Origin: a virus
Direction: 5' to 3' (one strand)
DNA length: 64,000 bases
Virus record (IMG/VR): IMGVR_UViG_3300036715_001140
Coordinates: 82,794-146,793 of that record
Position 1 is the first letter of the stretch; each line of letters begins with the position of its first letter. The translations under genes were made by a program, and so were the position numbers. Positions 9,672 through 19,289 of the stretch are shown here, piece after piece. The notes below the pieces were generated by a model. The model saw only the letters and a list, made by a program, of their open reading frames with translations, was not told the DNA's origin and searched no databases.

Positions 9672-9851
9672 TTAAGGCATTACACCACGTTTTGGTTTCT
9701 AGTCACGGTATTACGACCTATGCTGATTGTTACTCCCGATTGAAGCTTTCACCTAAACAGTCTATTGATATATTATTTCTAAGTAGACATATAACTTAGG
9801 CTATTGCTAAATAGAGAGATTTTTCGCAGACAATTGGTATCCGTGTCTTAA
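9672..9851 (-). ncRNA. candidate ~180-nt structured RNA upstream of tmRNA
   Basis: paired termini TTAAGACA..ATACCA / TGGTGT..TGCCTTAA plus nested internal stems; no ORF. Confidence 0.45.
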
Positions 9852-9854
9852 GTA

Positions 9855-10049
9855 TTAGTATAAAGCTAGCTTAGACTTATTCTTTTTATCTTTAAGTTTA
9901 AGCTTAAAACTTACTTCAAAAGTAGACTTACAACTAGGGCACTCTATTGGTACTATTTCTTTATTCTTTGTTACCAAGAGTTTAATATCATTTTTAGTAG
10001 CTACTTTAATTGTCTCTTTACACTCAGGACATTCTACAAATACTAACAT
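9855..10049 (-). CDS. small zinc-ribbon protein
   Basis: CPEC...CPSC. Confidence 0.65.
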   Translation of the reverse strand: MLVFVECPECKETIKVATKNDIKLLVTKNKEIVPIECPSCKSTFEVSFKLKLKDKKNKSKLALY

Positions 10050-10064
10050 ACTCTCTCCATAAAT

Positions 10065-10250
10065 TCAATGATGTATACTATATATATTAAACTCAAATCC
10101 TTTAAGTCCACGATAGAAATTTATAAATAATCCTTTATGGGGACCACTTGTTTTTACCATAAAAGTCCAGCTATACTTTTTATCACTACTTATAAGGACG
10201 TTACTTCCAATCTCATAAACTATATCTTTTGTAATCATTCCATGTTTCAT
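10065..10250 (-). CDS. hypothetical protein
   Basis: ORF with GAGG RBS. Confidence 0.5.
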   Translation of the reverse strand: MKHGMITKDIVYEIGSNVLISSDKKYSWTFMVKTSGPHKGLFINFYRGLKGFEFNIYSIHH

Positions 10251-10268
10251 TTACTAACCTCTTAATTA

Positions 10269-10343
10269 TGGCTCCCGAAGTAGGACTCGAACCTACAACC
10301 TAATGATTAACAGTCATTTGCTCCACCATTGAGCTATTCGGGA
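10269..10343 (-). tRNA. tRNA-Asn(GUU)
   Basis: complete cloverleaf, anticodon loop CT-GTT-AA, CCA encoded. Confidence 0.95.
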
Positions 10344-10387
10344 GTGTAAAATAATGACAACCACTCTAAAATATAATTGTCATTATA

Positions 10388-10474
10388 TGGTGCGGGTAGG
10401 GAGACTTGAACTCCCACAACCTTACGGTCAACGGATTTTGAGTCCGGTGCGTCTTCCTATTCCGCCATACCCGC
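10388..10474 (-). tRNA. tRNA-Leu(CAA)
   Basis: cloverleaf with long variable arm, loop CT-CAA-AA, CCA encoded. Confidence 0.93.
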
Positions 10475-10482
10475 ATATACTA

Positions 10483-10851
10483 CTAACCACAATAGATAAA
10501 TTCTATTTCACCACCCCATTGACGGCGTTTCTTTGTACTATGTTTCCATGAACCACGATAATGATTTATCGGAATATCATCGTATGTACTAATTAATGAT
10601 TTTGCATTACGTCTTCTATTTACAGTTTTTGATATTTGTTTGAACTGATCTACAAAGTCATACCATTTACGTTTTTCCTGAACGCTTTGTGAGCGCCACA
10701 TTCTACTTTTGTTCCATCTATGCTTATGAATACCTGGAACTGGACCTAACCTATACACAAAGTAATGATTTGCATATTTAGTAGAATACAGAAAATAACG
10801 TTCACCTCTTATTAGTTTTGAATACTTTTCTGGTTTAAAAGAATAGTACAT
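10483..10851 (-). CDS. basic hypothetical protein (YRxGPVPG...YDD...SWKxxTKxRRQW)
   Basis: ORF with GGGAGG RBS; preceded by uORF and hairpin. Confidence 0.7.
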   Translation of the reverse strand: MYYSFKPEKYSKLIRGERYFLYSTKYANHYFVYRLGPVPGIHKHRWNKSRMWRSQSVQEKRKWYDFVDQFKQISKTVNRRRNAKSLISTYDDIPINHYRGSWKHSTKKRRQWGGEIEFIYCG

Positions 10852-10858
10852 TGTTTCC

Positions 10859-10910
10859 TCCCACTAGGTTTAGTTACCTAATGGAAGTATTCTTCTTGTC
10901 CTCTATACAT
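10859..10910 (-). promoter_or_regulatory. leader peptide MYRGQEEYFH* (10910-10878) plus RBS-occluding hairpin
   Basis: GGAG RBS + ATG; TTCCAT-TAGGT-AACTAA-ACCTA-GTGGGA hairpin spans the uORF stop and the downstream SD. Confidence 0.55.
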
Positions 10911-11006
10911 AAGTATCTCCTTATCCTAGTCTCTCCTAAAAGTAACACCACTTTAACGTGATATTCTTATGAAGAAAAATAGTCTACAGGTGTAGCCTAA
11001 ATAAAA

Positions 11007-11075
11007 TTATTTTCCTTTAGTCTTATCTTTCTTTGGTTTCTTAGCTTCACGTCCACCTTTGTCCTTGTTTCCCAT
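11007..11075 (-). CDS. 22-aa basic peptide MGNKDKGGREAKKPKKDKTKGK
   Basis: AAGGAGA RBS + ATG; below ORF-track cutoff. Confidence 0.6.
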   Translation of the reverse strand: MGNKDKGGREAKKPKKDKTKGK

Positions 11076-11100
11076 TACTGTTCTCCTTATAAGTTTTTAT

Positions 11101-11175
11101 TGGAGCGACCAATCGGGTTCGAACCGATGACGTTCAGCTTGGAAGGCTGACATTCTACCACTGAATTATGGTCGC
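11101..11175 (-). tRNA. tRNA-Gly(UCC)
   Basis: complete cloverleaf, loop CT-TCC-AA, CCA encoded. Confidence 0.95.
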
Positions 11176-11439
11176 TTATATTTAGAATTATAATTCATCA
11201 CGTCTGCTTATTACATAAATAAAAAGAAGTAATAAAATAAAGTGTATTAAAAATACAGCATTTACAGTCAGATTTTTAGTATCTACTGCATCTGAAGTTG
11301 TAGATTTAAGTTTTGATACTGATCATAAGTTAAAAGGTAATTTTAACATGTAATGCCTCTAGTAGCTTAATTTATAAAATTAAGGGTTGCTAGGAGAGGC
11401 TAACAACCCCTGTTGTTTAATAATTATTAGTCTATATAG

Positions 11440-11646
11440 TTATGCTACTTTAACAACGTTAGCAGCTTGTTTACCTTTCTGCCCATCAATAATATCAAAG
11501 GTTACAGCTTCATTTTCCTTCAACGTCTTAAATCCTTCTGTCTGAATTGCTGAAAAATGCACAAAAATATCTTCCGTAGCTCCTTCCGGTGTTAAAAACC
11601 CAAAACCTTTTGCCTCATTAAACCATTTTACTTTTCCATTCACCAT
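11440..11646 (-). CDS. cspA: cold-shock protein
   Basis: [15 protein letters not shown] and DIFVHFSAI (RNP1/RNP2). Confidence 0.97.
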   Translation of the reverse strand: MVNGKVKWFNEAKGFGFLTPEGATEDIFVHFSAIQTEGFKTLKENEAVTFDIIDGQKGKQAANVVKVA

Positions 11647-11773
11647 TTCTTTGTACTTCCTTTCTTTTCTTGTTACGGTATTTCTCTACCGCTTTGTAAT
11701 CTGCTCAAAAAATTGAGCAGTAATTTTAGTTATCATTATAAAATACATAAAAATTTTATGTCTTATATTTTAG

Positions 11774-12130
11774 TCATCTTACTATCTGTAGTTTAGAATT
11801 AGGCATAGAAGTTGCTGGCATTATACCAGTCTTTTTATGTATATAGCCATCTGAAATTTCTTTAGGAGCAATAATATATGATATTACTTGGTACTCTTCT
11901 ATTGATACTCCTTTTCCATCATTACTAAATGGTGCCATATAGTCATGGATAATAGGCGATACGTTACCCATATTATCTATTTGACGTAAAGATAAACCAT
12001 AGCAATGATCAAAATATTCTTTCTTTGTAATCTCGTCAAAACGTAATGTTCCTACAATAAACTCACCACTAACAAGTTTAGCAATAACAACTTCATCTAC
12101 AACTTCAGTAGTTTGCTTGTTAAATAACAT
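11774..12130 (-). CDS. phage protein, possible Sm/SH3-like fold
   Basis: KLVSGEFIVG motif; AGGAG RBS. Confidence 0.55.
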   Translation of the reverse strand: MLFNKQTTEVVDEVVIAKLVSGEFIVGTLRFDEITKKEYFDHCYGLSLRQIDNMGNVSPIIHDYMAPFSNDGKGVSIEEYQVISYIIAPKEISDGYIHKKTGIMPATSMPNSKLQIVR

Positions 12131-12286
12131 TTAAGTATCACTCCTTTTTATTCTTTATTAATAATTCTTTTATCTTCTTTTCTAGTAAATTAAAGTCTAC
12201 TGGTTTAGTAAAAACATGCTCAAGATTATTTTGTACTTTTTCATATTATAATAATTTCTATAAGATGTTATAGTAGTTGACATACC

Positions 12287-13375
12287 TCACAGCCATTTTT
12301 TCTTTTTAAACCACAAGTAAATACCAATTATTATAAAAATATTTACAACTATAAATATGATATAACCTCCAATCAAGTGATTCTTTTGCTCAGGCATTTC
12401 CCAATTCATTCCATACCAACCACAAAGAAAAGAGCCAGGTAAGAAGAATGCTGAGAGTATAGTCAAAAACTTCATTATCTCATTCATACGATTACTAGAT
12501 ATTGCAGAGCTCAAATCAACAATAGAAGATAAAGTAGCTTTGAATCTTTCAAGCATATCCAGTATCTGAGTTAAATGAATATCCACATCTTTTATATACG
12601 CAATACTATCTGCGGTTATTAAATTACTAAAGTCATCAACCAAGGAGTTGACAAGCTCTCTCATGGCTTTAGTATCTTGTAATATTGCTTGCACCTTATT
12701 TTTCATCTGATATATTTCTTTCAAATGACTGGCAGGGTCATCAGAATTTACAATATTATTTTCCAACTCGCTAATTTCTTCATCAAGTTTGTCTGTCATA
12801 ATGTAGTACATATCAACAACATAATCAAGAATTACACAAGCTAAACGATCTGGACCTTTTCTACGAGTTTCTGATTGTTCTGATGAAAGTCTGTTAAACA
12901 ATGGCTCAAACATTTCATCATGTGTTTCTTGAAATGTAATAACTTCTTTCGGAGTCAACCATATTGATAACTGCTTACGATTAAACTCTAAGTTATAGTA
13001 AGTAAGTATAAAACATATCTTATCATCTTTTGTTAAAATATGCGGCCGTTGATTTACGTTTAAGATGTCTTCAAGAATCATCGGAGGCAAATCAAATGCA
13101 GATACTGTATATTGAATGCTTGCTACATTTTTAAAACCTTTTATCAGTAACCACTTGTTTATATCAGATTCAGTCCAGATTTCTTCATTGCTAGGATTTG
13201 TATCGAGTTTAAATCCTTGCTCATTATAATGAGCTAACTCATATTTAGTTTCAAGGTCTGAACGCTCACCAGTATAGATAACAGTTCCTGGAGGCAATCC
13301 AAACTTTACAGAACTCTTCATAAATTTTGCTATAAAACTATGTGTCTCAATGAGACTACATACTGTTTTTGACAC
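12287..13375 (-). CDS. corA: magnesium/cobalt transporter CorA
   Basis: GLPPGT N-terminus, MNEIMKFLT, YGMN and MPE motifs, KKKKWL end; start may be at 13321. Confidence 0.93.
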   Translation of the reverse strand: MSKTVCSLIETHSFIAKFMKSSVKFGLPPGTVIYTGERSDLETKYELAHYNEQGFKLDTNPSNEEIWTESDINKWLLIKGFKNVASIQYTVSAFDLPPMILEDILNVNQRPHILTKDDKICFILTYYNLEFNRKQLSIWLTPKEVITFQETHDEMFEPLFNRLSSEQSETRRKGPDRLACVILDYVVDMYYIMTDKLDEEISELENNIVNSDDPASHLKEIYQMKNKVQAILQDTKAMRELVNSLVDDFSNLITADSIAYIKDVDIHLTQILDMLERFKATLSSIVDLSSAISSNRMNEIMKFLTILSAFFLPGSFLCGWYGMNWEMPEQKNHLIGGYIIFIVVNIFIIIGIYLWFKKKKWL

Positions 13376-13578
13376 CTTTAAAACAAGATATGCTAATAAA
13401 CATTAGTCTTACAATCTCTATGATGCCCATTTAAAGTCTCCCATTAGCTATAGGTGACATGAACTTAAAAGCTGTTTTATAGACTCTCCTTATTAGATTT
13501 TTAGCTAATCAGAGCTTCTAAGTTCATTGATGCACGTTATGATTTTATATCATATATTCATTGTATTTCTATATAAAT

Positions 13579-13791
13579 TCATAGTTTTATTAATGCTTGA
13601 TAATAAATTTTTCCCATCTTAGGATGAGATTCTATAACTATACCACCTGTTACAGAGTATTGACCTTCTTTTAAGAGAGAGTTTACTTCTCGTTCTAAAT
13701 CTTTTATGTCATATTCTCTTATTATCTTATACAACGGAAACTGCACTGCACACTCCTTCAGACTTATTAAAAACATTACCACAGAAAACAC
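13579..13791 (-). CDS. DUF1737-like small protein
   Basis: LEREVNSLLKEG...GG...YQAL pattern; true start probably downstream. Confidence 0.65.
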   Translation of the reverse strand: MFSVVMFLISLKECAVQFPLYKIIREYDIKDLEREVNSLLKEGQYSVTGGIVIESHPKMGKIYYQALIKL

Positions 13792-13963
13792 ACTCTACTA
13801 AGTTATTTTTTAATTCAGGATCTCTAAGTTTATGTATTCCAGAAGTATTACATTTAGGACAAGTTGCACGTTTATTCTTGGTAATACTAGGTTTTCTCTT
13901 TATAGGTTTCTTCTCAATAGACGCATAGTATTCAGCATGACTGCTATTCATAAATAAAGACAT
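13727..13963 (-). CDS. small zinc-finger protein
   Basis: CPKC...CVFC. Confidence 0.55.
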   Translation of the reverse strand: MSLFMNSSHAEYYASIEKKPIKRKPSITKNKRATCPKCNTSGIHKLRDPELKNNLVECVFCGNVFNKSEGVCSAVSVV

Positions 13964-13996
13964 GTTAAAGTCCTCTTCCTCTTTATATAAAAATTA

Positions 13997-15457
13997 TCAG
14001 TAAGAATATAAGTTTGTTGTAGGTCTAGTACAGGAAACATACAAACATTTCATGGCTTCTCTTTTATTAGAGTTGGCTAAAATATCTTGTTGGTCTACAT
14101 ATACTTCTTTGTAAGTACTTCCTTGTGCTCTGTGTGCTGTAAGAGCATATCCATATCTAACTTTATTAAATTTTGATTTAGTTCTCCAAAAATCACTCCA
14201 TGCATCTTTTCTCTCTGTGCCTTTTAACCATTTAGCTTTAAGAGCTTTTTTATTTAAAATACTATCTATGAGTGAAACATCTTTAGGAATATTTAGGAAT
14301 AAAGTCTTATCACCTTTAACGGTTAAACATGTAACTGGAACTGAAATATTATCAACTATAACCATAGAGTCTTCTACTCTTTCTACTCTATACTCATCAT
14401 CTACATAGGCTATTATTTGTTTATCCTGTTCTATGGGTTCGGCGATAAGAATTATCTCATTTATACAAAACCTATCTTTAAATCCAAGATGCTGCCGTAT
14501 GATATTATTATAATACTCTACTGTTTTGTTACGCCAAGCAATAACTTTGGAATGAACCAAATCATCTACCGTGTTTATACTATTAAGTAATTTTGCTTCA
14601 AAGTCTCTTTTAGAAGAGTACATCCAGACACCAGATGTAGTGTGATCATTCTTTAAAGGGCTTGACCAATCCTTATTTAAAAGTCTATTGCGTATAGCAG
14701 AAGCTAATGTGAGTAATTGATTATCATGTCTAACAATTTTCTTTAAAACCGCAATGTTATTTGGATCTTCCGTTACCTTCCATGCTCTTGTTTTATCTTC
14801 CCCTACAGGTGGTAATTGAGCAGGATCACCTACATAAAGTATCTTAATACCACTAGATAATCTTATGTCATCTATTACTGAGCATAAAACCTTTCCACAC
14901 ATAGAAGCTTCATCTATTACTAATACTGAGTTTTTAGGAAAATAGGGAGGTGTTTCACTTTGAGTTAAACGTAATTCATCCTCTACTTGTTCCATTCTTA
15001 AACCTAAAGTAGAATAAGTTGTTTTTATCTTAGCCGTAGGTCCTAACAACTCTATCAATACCTTTGTGGCTTTGTTAGTAGGAGCACTAAAATATATATT
15101 GTCTTTTATATCTTTTAACAACTGAAGTAAAAATGTCTTTCCAGTACCTGCATAACCTTTTAATACAAAATAAGGTTCATCTGGTTTTAACAACCATTTG
15201 AAGATCTTATCTATAGCTTCTTTCTGATCTATGCTAAGTTTTACTATTTTATTACCAACCTTAACTTCTACTATATTTTCAGTATCAGTGTAAATTAAAG
15301 GATTACCACCAAATAATTGGTAATTAGCACAATACATGTTCACTTTTTGTATTAAGCTATATTTAGTTTTATCAATATCTGAGAGTAAACCGGTAGCTAG
15401 TAAAGCCTCATTTAGCTTTTTAGCTTGATCTAACAATTCCTTATCCATACTATCCAT
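13997..15457 (-). CDS. Dda/RecD-like SF1B DNA helicase
   Basis: GYAGTGKT, APTNKA, IDEASM, GDPAQLPPV, YALTAHRAQGSTY, YVSCTR. Confidence 0.93.
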   Translation of the reverse strand: MDSMDKELLDQAKKLNEALLATGLLSDIDKTKYSLIQKVNMYCANYQLFGGNPLIYTDTENIVEVKVGNKIVKLSIDQKEAIDKIFKWLLKPDEPYFVLKGYAGTGKTFLLQLLKDIKDNIYFSAPTNKATKVLIELLGPTAKIKTTYSTLGLRMEQVEDELRLTQSETPPYFPKNSVLVIDEASMCGKVLCSVIDDIRLSSGIKILYVGDPAQLPPVGEDKTRAWKVTEDPNNIAVLKKIVRHDNQLLTLASAIRNRLLNKDWSSPLKNDHTTSGVWMYSSKRDFEAKLLNSINTVDDLVHSKVIAWRNKTVEYYNNIIRQHLGFKDRFCINEIILIAEPIEQDKQIIAYVDDEYRVERVEDSMVIVDNISVPVTCLTVKGDKTLFLNIPKDVSLIDSILNKKALKAKWLKGTERKDAWSDFWRTKSKFNKVRYGYALTAHRAQGSTYKEVYVDQQDILANSNKREAMKCLYVSCTRPTTNLYSY

Positions 15458-15914
15458 AAACTTCAGCTTTCTTTTTCATTGCTTTCAATAATTGTGCTTG
15501 TATATCTAATACATCAATAGCCATTCTTATGCTTATAGGATCTGTGTCCTTTATTGAATCCCATAAGATCTTTATGGTATAAGTATTAGTATCAAGAATA
15601 AAATCTTCATTTTCTTTTAACTTCTCATCTCGAGCATACACAGTACAGTCTATGTACTTGAACTTAGGTATTTTCATTCCTGAATCTACAAATTGCTTAT
15701 ACGTTATAGGATGACAATTAGCTAGTTGAAAAGTTTCACCATACAGGATATTAGATTCTTTTGGAATACCTGTTAAAAATGTTACAAGTTTAATATCACC
15801 ATCTATGGGTTGTAATAAAACTTCTTCTTCCAAGAATCTTCTACATTTACTTACGATATTTTCATCGACTTGGTTGATTGGTAACTGGTATCCTATAAAA
15901 AAGTATGGGTACAT
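15450..15914 (-). CDS. hypothetical protein
   Basis: ORF overlapping neighbours in operon. Confidence 0.6.
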   Translation of the reverse strand: MYPYFFIGYQLPINQVDENIVSKCRRFLEEEVLLQPIDGDIKLVTFLTGIPKESNILYGETFQLANCHPITYKQFVDSGMKIPKFKYIDCTVYARDEKLKENEDFILDTNTYTIKILWDSIKDTDPISIRMAIDVLDIQAQLLKAMKKKAEVYG

Positions 15915-16276
15915 ATCACTGATCCTTTTTCTATTCCTTCACGCTTACACAAATCTGCAATATTTGGACTGACAATTCTTCCTTTTACTTTATAGTGATA
16001 ATACTCTTTAGGAAAATCCGGTTCTATGTAGCATTCGTTATCTACGAAACCAATAGTATGTTCTATCATGTTGCAGATTTCTTCTGCAAACATTCTTCTA
16101 TTAAATTTACTATACGCAAAATATTCTCCTTCAAGTTCAGAGAGTATAAATGCTTCATAGCTTTCATGAGTAGAAAATTCTACTAACTTAGGTATATTAA
16201 ATCCACGTCCTGCTACAATAATTTCCTTCTTAACATGATTTACTATTAAGTAACTTGGATAATAGATATTAGCCAT
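15893..16276 (-). CDS. hypothetical protein
   Basis: ORF with GAGG RBS. Confidence 0.6.
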   Translation of the reverse strand: MANIYYPSYLIVNHVKKEIIVAGRGFNIPKLVEFSTHESYEAFILSELEGEYFAYSKFNRRMFAEEICNMIEHTIGFVDNECYIEPDFPKEYYHYKVKGRIVSPNIADLCKREGIEKGSVICTHTFL

Positions 16277-16574
16277 GATTAATAAGACCTCTAAGTTTAT
16301 TCGGTTCTAATAGACATAGTTTTCTTAGACCAACCTGAATCCAACTCTCTTCTCTAAAGTCAATACAATTTAAATTAGAACAACCTTTTCCTGTTAAGTA
16401 TGAACCACAAAGTAAGCAGGACTCAGCTTTGCCTCCAATAACTAAAGAATCAGATACTTGAATAGCTCCTTTAGCAATGTTCTTAATAACGTTATACTCC
16501 TTAGGCTGGTCTAATTCAATTTCAACTTTTTTAGTAGATCTTTTCTTTTGAGTTGTGTCAATAGTAGCTGGCAT
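16269..16574 (-). CDS. hypothetical zinc-binding protein
   Basis: CLLC...CSNLNC. Confidence 0.55.
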   Translation of the reverse strand: MPATIDTTQKKRSTKKVEIELDQPKEYNVIKNIAKGAIQVSDSLVIGGKAESCLLCGSYLTGKGCSNLNCIDFREESWIQVGLRKLCLLEPNKLRGLINHG

Positions 16575-16631
16575 AATTCATTTCCTTTTAGTTCTTAATT
16601 TACTACATCTACTATTTATTAACAGTATTAG

Positions 16632-16662
16632 AAAGAGAGCAAAAGACAATTTTGCTCTCTTT
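16632..16662 (-). terminator. intrinsic terminator
   Basis: AAAGAGAGCAAAA/TTTTGCTCTCTTT inverted repeat. Confidence 0.7.
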
Positions 16663-16670
16663 ATTTTAGT

Positions 16671-18740
16671 CTATTTCTTACTCCTTATTTTAAATACTAT
16701 ACTATTACTTACAGTCTTTAACCTAATATTTTTAGCAATTCCACTAGTTGGACTCACATCATACCTATCAAAGAACTCATTAGAGACGCTTTTCAAAACG
16801 TATGCTTTCATAGCCATATTTGGACTAGGTTTATCTTTACTATGATGACCTAGTTCCTTACCTACTTGAGTCATTACATCCATAAAGTATGCACTGACTT
16901 GAGCAGAGTCAGCTTCTCCTACTTTTAATTCACAGTTGTCTAACATTTCTTTTGCCATTCTTGTTGCTTTAGCATTTCTAAATTTATGTGGATTAAAAGT
17001 AGGCATTACAGTGTTTACATATTTTTTAACTAGTTCATAGGTTAATTTTTCATTGTCTTTATCTACCCAAATATAATCTTCTGGATTTGCTACTCTTTCA
17101 TATAACTTCTGTACTATGTTAAATAGTAATTTTGCTTCAACCGCAGTTTGATCATAGCCAGGTTTTAAAGTAAGTAACAAATTTTGTGCTCCGTTTTTAT
17201 CTGAATAACTAAAGGTTATAATATTATTATCTATAGATAGATCTTTCTTCTTTAGATATATAAAACCTTTACTGTCTTCAAATTTAGTATTTGTTCCTTT
17301 TTCCTTTGATCCAGGTCTAGGTGTTAGTTGATACATTAACTCAGTTATAACTGCTGAAATAAACTTTTTAGTAGGACTATTAGGATTTCCTGCTTTTATA
17401 TCTGAAAGCCAATGTGCTCTATACTTAGGTATATTCTCAATAAAATCGTCTACTATTTTCTTTTTCTTATCTTCTCTAAGACCAAGAGCATGATTCTCTG
17501 TGTATACTCTTCTACGTCTACCATTAGGTCCTCTAAATTCACAATACACTCCATAACCAGTTTCAGGATCATACTTTCCATATCCAACGCCGATGCGTGT
17601 ATTCATTTTTACAACACCAGAAGGTTGATCTGCTAATAAAAATCCTTCACGGGTATATAGTCTTCCTTTAGCATCTACTTTACCTTCATAGTTAACAGGT
17701 ATCTTAGTATAGTTTAAACCTGCTTCTTTTAGCTTCTTGTTTAGTTCATTAACATCTATTAAACTTTTTCCTGATTTATCAACAATGCTTCTTACCAAAG
17801 ATAGATAATACACATTAAGTTCTTTTTGAATCTCATTGTGCTTTATGTAGTCTTTTGAAGGATTTATGGATAATTCTTTTCTCTTAGCTGTAGGAATAAT
17901 AAATCCTTCATTACCACCAAGTTTACTGTTAAGTTGCTTATACTCTTTTACCAAAGAGGCTAATTTACTTGAGTCTACATTTACTTTCTTTTCTACCTCT
18001 GTGGTAAATAAGGAGCTTGCTTCAGGAACACCAATCTCTGCAGCTTTATTAACTATAGTCTTATATGAGTTATCGGAAGGAGCAGACGATCTTAAAAAGG
18101 TGTATATATTTTTAAGATAAGTTGTTTGCGCTGGAGGTATATTATATATTCTTTCCAGGAAGTTATCAAAAGATGCTTTTAAAGCATTAGCAAAATTAGA
18201 TACATTGCCTTTTCTCTTATCATTATACTTTATCTTACGTTCTATTAAATCAAGAATTACTAACAAGTCTGTAGTATCTACTCCAACTTGAGTTAAAAAC
18301 TTTATTACCATATCTTTATCTTTTATTACTTTAGAACGGATAGAAGATAAATTAATTTCTTTTGTCCAAGCAATAATAGTTAGACCTAATACAAGTAATG
18401 AAGTAAATGCAGATCTAGCATTTTCACCAAGTATCGTATATTTAGATTTATCTCTTGGAACAGAAGGTTTTGCAGATTTAGTTGTTGTAGGCTTTTCTTT
18501 TCGTGAAGAATTTGAAGCTGGTTTATCTTTTTTACTAGAAGGTTTTAATTTTTTAGCTAGATTTTTTATAACATCGGTTTTTTTACTTGGAGCTGTATTC
18601 CATGCTTCATAGAAAAGCTTTGTTTTTACAGGACTCCATTCAGCACCTGCAGCAGAAACCTTAGCTTTAGCCATAGAAAGAGCTTTTTCTTCGGACATAC
18701 CTTGATCTTTCCACATCTTAATAGCATCACTTAGCTTCAT
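16671..18740 (-). CDS. DNA topoisomerase IB-like protein with long basic N-terminal extension
   Basis: catalytic-set pattern R (TPRPGS), K (YSDKNG), R (HKFRN), H (LGHH), Y (MKAYV) as in poxvirus/bacterial TopIB. Confidence 0.75.
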   Translation of the reverse strand: MKLSDAIKMWKDQGMSEEKALSMAKAKVSAAGAEWSPVKTKLFYEAWNTAPSKKTDVIKNLAKKLKPSSKKDKPASNSSRKEKPTTTKSAKPSVPRDKSKYTILGENARSAFTSLLVLGLTIIAWTKEINLSSIRSKVIKDKDMVIKFLTQVGVDTTDLLVILDLIERKIKYNDKRKGNVSNFANALKASFDNFLERIYNIPPAQTTYLKNIYTFLRSSAPSDNSYKTIVNKAAEIGVPEASSLFTTEVEKKVNVDSSKLASLVKEYKQLNSKLGGNEGFIIPTAKRKELSINPSKDYIKHNEIQKELNVYYLSLVRSIVDKSGKSLIDVNELNKKLKEAGLNYTKIPVNYEGKVDAKGRLYTREGFLLADQPSGVVKMNTRIGVGYGKYDPETGYGVYCEFRGPNGRRRRVYTENHALGLREDKKKKIVDDFIENIPKYRAHWLSDIKAGNPNSPTKKFISAVITELMYQLTPRPGSKEKGTNTKFEDSKGFIYLKKKDLSIDNNIITFSYSDKNGAQNLLLTLKPGYDQTAVEAKLLFNIVQKLYERVANPEDYIWVDKDNEKLTYELVKKYVNTVMPTFNPHKFRNAKATRMAKEMLDNCELKVGEADSAQVSAYFMDVMTQVGKELGHHSKDKPSPNMAMKAYVLKSVSNEFFDRYDVSPTSGIAKNIRLKTVSNSIVFKIRSKK

Positions 18741-18811
18741 GTAAAATCTCCTTTATAATTGTGATTGTATTTGTAATAATAAATTATTAAAAAACTCTTT
18801 AAGAGTTGCAC

Positions 18812-18851
18812 AAAAAAAAATGGTGTACCTGAAATTATCAGGTACACCATT
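18812..18851 (-). terminator. intrinsic terminator
   Basis: AATGGTGTACCTGA/TCAGGTACACCATT stem with U9 tract. Confidence 0.85.
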
Positions 18852-18971
18852 AGAGATTAATTACATAGTCTATGTGCTATATATAGTCCAAAAGCAAGGC
18901 CACCTAAAGATCCCATAAAAAATGCTTTATAGACTAATATTACAATAAATGACTGCTCTTCTTGCGTAAAA

Positions 18972-19283
18972 CTACTTAGTGCTGGTTGGTGCTGTTGATG
19001 CTCCCTCGGTGTGTATTGACGGTGGAAGATCTCTTTTCGTAATATCATAGACGGCTCCATCATGGTAGAATCGTCCAACTTTTATAATTATGGTCATGTT
19101 CTTATGACTTGCGTAATTTGAATACATAAGTCCAAGACCTGCACCGGCACCTAGAAGAAGAATCGCCCAAAAACCAAGAGCATGTAGTTTATCTACAACA
19201 GTTCTAACTGAAGTTTTTGTAAAAGTCTTAACTTCATTTGCCATAGATACATCCACTACTGAATTTTCTTTTTGTTGTTCCAT
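18972..19283 (-). CDS. single-TM membrane protein
   Basis: hydrophobic segment; follows transglycosylase. Confidence 0.55.
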   Translation of the reverse strand: MEQQKENSVVDVSMANEVKTFTKTSVRTVVDKLHALGFWAILLLGAGAGLGLMYSNYASHKNMTIIIKVGRFYHDGAVYDITKRDLPPSIHTEGASTAPTSTK

Positions 19284-19289
19284 ATTTAA

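Noticed and set aside
10354-10551. Plus-strand ORF MTTTLK... (also 35216-35506)
   Set aside because: Antisense to tRNA genes
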